Positions 19,802-22,805 of a stretch of DNA of 22,805 nucleotides are shown piece by piece (positions within the stretch are counted from its first letter, which is position 1; every line of letters starts with the position of its first letter). Made by a program: the position numbers and the translations under genes. This DNA is from Chiloscyllium plagiosum (Eukaryota): the NCBI RefSeq assembly GCF_004010195.1, contig NC_057728.1, positions 42,637,484 through 42,660,288 of the forward strand, given 5' to 3'. A model generated the notes under the pieces. That model did not search any database. It worked only from the letters and a program-made list of their open reading frames with translations, and was not told the origin of the DNA.

Positions 19802-20105
19802 GGGCAGCATGGTGGCTCAGTGGTTAACACTGTTGCGCCAGAGAGCCAGGTTCAATTCCCGCCTCAGACAACTGTCTGTGTGGAGTTTGCACATTCTCCC
19901 CGTGTCTGTGTGGGTTTCCTCCAAGTGCTCCGGTTTCCTCCCACAGTCCAAAGATGTGCAGGTCAGGTGAATTGGCCATGCTAAATTGCCCATAGTGTTA
20001 GGTGGATTAGTCAGAGGTAAATGTAGGGGGATGGGTTTCTCTTCCGAGGGACAGTGTGAACTTGTTGGGCCGAAGGGCCTGTTTCCACACTGTAGGTAAT
20101 CAAAT
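19802..20105 (+). mobile_element. tRNA-derived SINE, HE1/V-SINE-like
   Basis: GGGCAGCATGGTGGCTCAGTGG (A-box), GGTTCAATTCC (B-box), central TGTGTGGAGTTTGCACATTCTCCCC...GGTTTCCTCCCACAGTCCAAAGATGTGCAGG and 3' GGGCCGAAGGGCCTGTTTCCACACTGTA. Confidence 0.92.
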
Positions 20106-20535
20106 ATATCAAAAGCCATTCTGTTGCTCAGTTAAAAGTGTGAGATTCTGTCTTACATATATGCCTTTTAAATTGTATGGTCTTGGAAGGGCAAATAATT
20201 ATGTGTAAGTACAGACCTAAATTTCTAATGTCTAAATTTAAATTGATAAATATTTTACAAATAGAGCAGCTTCCATTATACTGCATGTGATACATGTTGG
20301 CCTATTGGCTTCTACTCCTGTAAAACAACAGAATTTAATGCATAGGTTGTCCATTCAGTGGTTATGTTTCTCACCCAGGCAATGCAATATCGAAACTTTG
20401 GGGGGGTTTGAAGTCAGGTGATGTATCTTTCAGTTAGAACTTTTATTAATAATACAGAAGGTAAGCTAAGTTTCTTGATTATGAAGTAGGTGAGAATGTA
20501 GTGCCACGGGGAGTGTAATGATGTTCTAGATGTAC

Positions 20536-20924
20536 CATAAGACCATAAGACATAGGAGCGGATGTAAGGCCATTCGGCCCATCGAGTCCATTCCGCCATT
20601 CAATCATGGCTGATGGGCATTTCAACTCCACTTACCCGCATTCTCCCCGTAGCCCTTAATTCCTTGTGACATCAAGAATTTATCAATCTCTACCTTGAAG
20701 ACATTCAGCGTCCCAGCCTCCACTGCACTCCGCGGCAATGAATTCCACAGGCCCACCACTCTCTGGCTGAAGAAATGTCTCCGCATTTCTGTTCTGAATT
20801 TACCCCCTCTAATTCTAAGGCTGTGTCCACGGGTCCTAGTCTCCTCGCCTAACGGAAACAATTTCCTAGTGTCCACTCTTTCCAAGCCATGTATTACCTT
20901 GTAAGTTTCTATTAGATCTCCCCT
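20536..20924 (-). mobile_element. Young CR1 LINE, 3' segment
   Basis: RGDLIETYKVIHG...RTRGHSLRIRGGKFRTEMRRHFFSQRVVGLWNSLP...GKWS*, then the 3' UTR ending in (CCATAAGA)n repeats at 20536-20551. Confidence 0.93.
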
Positions 20925-21077
20925 AAATGACTTAGGCGCAGGCATAGGTGGATGGGTTAGTAAATTTGCAGATAACACTAAAGTCGGTGGAGTAGTGGAC
21001 AGTTGGGAAGAATGTTGCAGGTTGCAGGGAAACTTGGATAAACTGCAGGATTGGGCTGAGAGGTGGCAAATGGAGTT
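20925..21077 (+). mobile_element. CR1 RT core segment, inverted relative to its neighbours
   Basis: The + strand reads NDLGAGIGGWVSKFADNTKVGGVVDSWEECCRLQGNLDKLQDWAERWQME. The canonical FADD is FADN here. Confidence 0.9.
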
Positions 21078-21517
21078 NNNNNNNNNNNNNNNNNNNNNNN
21101 NNNNNNNNNNNNNNNNNNNNNNNNNNNNNNNNNNNNNNNNNNNNNNNNNNNNNNNNNNNNNNNNNNNNNNNNNNNNNNNNNNNNNNNNNNNNNNNNNNNN
21201 NNNNNNNNNNNNNNNNNNNNNNNNNNNNNNNNNNNNNNNNNNNNNNNNNNNNNNNNNNNNNNNNNNNNNNNNNNNNNNNNNNNNNNNNNNNNNNNNNNNN
21301 NNNNNNNNNNNNNNNNNNNNNNNNNNNNNNNNNNNNNNNNNNNNNNNNNNNNNNNNNNNNNNNNNNNNNNNNNNNNNNNNNNNNNNNNNNNNNNNNNNNN
21401 NNNNNNNNNNNNNNNNNNNNNNNNNNNNNNNNNNNNNNNNNNNNNNNNNNNNNNNNNNNNNNNNNNNNNNNNNNNNNNNNNNNNNNNNNNNNNNNNNNNN
21501 NNNNNNNNNNNNNNNNN
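21078..21517. other. Assembly gap (440 N)
   Basis: Run of N. Confidence 1.
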
Positions 21518-21850
21518 TCTAGATAGACCACATCCGCTGGGTTTCCCTGGTCTAACCTACTTGTCACCTCTTCAAAGAATTCCAACAGGTTTGTCAGGCA
21601 CGACCTCCCCTTACTAAATCCATGTTGACTTGTTCTAATCCAACCCTGCTCTTCCAAGAATTTAGAAACCTCATCCTTAATGATGGATTCTAGAATTTTA
21701 CCAACAACTGAGGTTAGGCTAATTGGCCTATAATTTTCCATCTTTTATCTTTATCCTTTCTTGAACAATGGGGTTACAACAGCGATCTTCCAATCATCTG
21801 GGACTTTCCCTGACTCCAGTGACTTTTGAAAGATCTCAACCAACGCCTCC
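21518..21850 (-). mobile_element. CR1 RT N-terminal segment
   Basis: ENYRPISLTSVVGKILESIIKD...SQHGFSKGRSCLTNLLEFFEEVT...DVVYL. Confidence 0.92.
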
Positions 21851-22461
21851 TCAGCCAAAACCATGTTTAGGATATAGATTATACAAATATATGCACCAAT
21901 GTTATTACATTTATAAAATTTAATTCAGAAGAAAGGTACTCCAAAAATTATATCAGCTGGTCAACATTCAGGAGTGAAAATTATATTAGATATTTTTGTT
22001 GTATTGTTTTATTTATCTTACTTTAAGTATGTTAACTATTTACTATATAATAGTCATTTGATTTTACAGGACTTTACTATTGCTGAAAAATCACATTTTT
22101 TCAACACGTTTTCTCTTGCTCTCATCAAAATATTTTGCAAGAATACACATTCAAGGGGAAAGCGGATATTTAAACTGCATGAGAGGAGGGTGTGGGCTGG
22201 TTGTAAAAGTGCTCAGTCTACTTCAAACTACCCTACAAGGGTAAGGTATCTCAAAGGTGTGAGCAGAGGTTGACCTGTTTCATGCTGCCACAATGCAGTA
22301 GCAACATGAATGGTTTACATCAATAGCAGGATGCTGTTGTCAAGCTGGAAAGATATTCTGATTATGACAAAAATGAATAATGTGCTATAAGAGGTTCAGT
22401 GCTGGTGAACTGCCAGCTATGTAGTCATTATGTCCCAAAGAGTGGCAGAGTGTACCAAACA

Positions 22462-22805
22462 ATAAAGGGGGCGCAGTGGTAGTCTGGCGCACTGACCTCT
22501 ACACCGCTGAAGCCAAACGCCAACTCGAGGACACCTCTTCCTACTGCCCCCCCGACCATGACCCCACCCCCTATCACCAAACCATCATCTCCCAGACCAT
22601 ACAGAACCTCACCACCTCAGGAGATCTCCCACCCACAGCTTCCAACCTCATTGTCCGGGAACCCTGCACTGCCCGGTTCTACCTCCTTCCCAAGATCCAC
22701 AAGCCTGACCACCCTGGCCGACCCATTGTCTCAGCATGCTCCTGCCCCACTGAACTCACCCCTACCTACCTCGACACTGTCCTATCCCACCTAGTCCAGG
22801 AACTC
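22462..22805 (+). mobile_element. Penelope-like retroelement RT fragment, 5'-truncated, running off the window end
   Basis: Stop-free frame 22461-22805 (not in the ORF track): KGGAVVVWRTDLYTAEAKRQLEDTSSY...ARFYLLPKIHKPDHPGRPIVSACSCPTE...LVQEL. DKG and FYLLPKIHK..GRPIVS are Penelope RT motifs. There is an abrupt switch to C-rich composition. Confidence 0.9.

Noticed and set aside
19802..19862. tRNA gene (also 14265-14327 on the minus strand)
   Set aside because: The A/B boxes are SINE heads followed by SINE body and tail; no intact cloverleaf.
20932..21741. Long ORFs of 175-269 aa
   Set aside because: Artefacts of reading through the 440-N gap and joining oppositely oriented CR1 pieces.
18749..22805. 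Next OTOGL exon (expected GSxW...C..Y.C...CPPFNETEC-like)
   Set aside because: Not found by eye. The acceptor-like ttttacag near 22069 gives no matching peptide, so the exon probably lies beyond the window.

Overview
Vertebrate nuclear DNA, very probably elasmobranch (shark), inferred from HE1/V-SINE-type SINEs, shark-type CR1 LINEs and Penelope-like repeats. The only host gene is an internal part of otogelin-like (OTOGL) on the + strand: eight small Cys-rich GT-AG exons (1769-18748, 806 nt, one open frame when spliced), with start and stop outside the window. Most ORF-track entries are spurious or transposon fragments. The introns hold many mobile elements. The most notable is an apparently full-length but pseudogenised ~1.93-kb FLYWCH-MULE (Phantom-like Mutator) DNA transposon with foldback-like ends and an 8-9 bp target-site duplication (TSD). 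Others are a heavily decayed PIF/Harbinger transposase, several CR1 and CR1/L2 LINE fragments (one with an inverted segment next to a 440-N gap), two oppositely oriented SINEs, a young Penelope-like reverse transcriptase (RT) fragment, and Penelope-end stubs, some with direct-repeat flanks or hammerhead-ribozyme relics. I see no evidence of a wholly new biological system. Family assignments rest on motifs recalled from memory, not on database searches.
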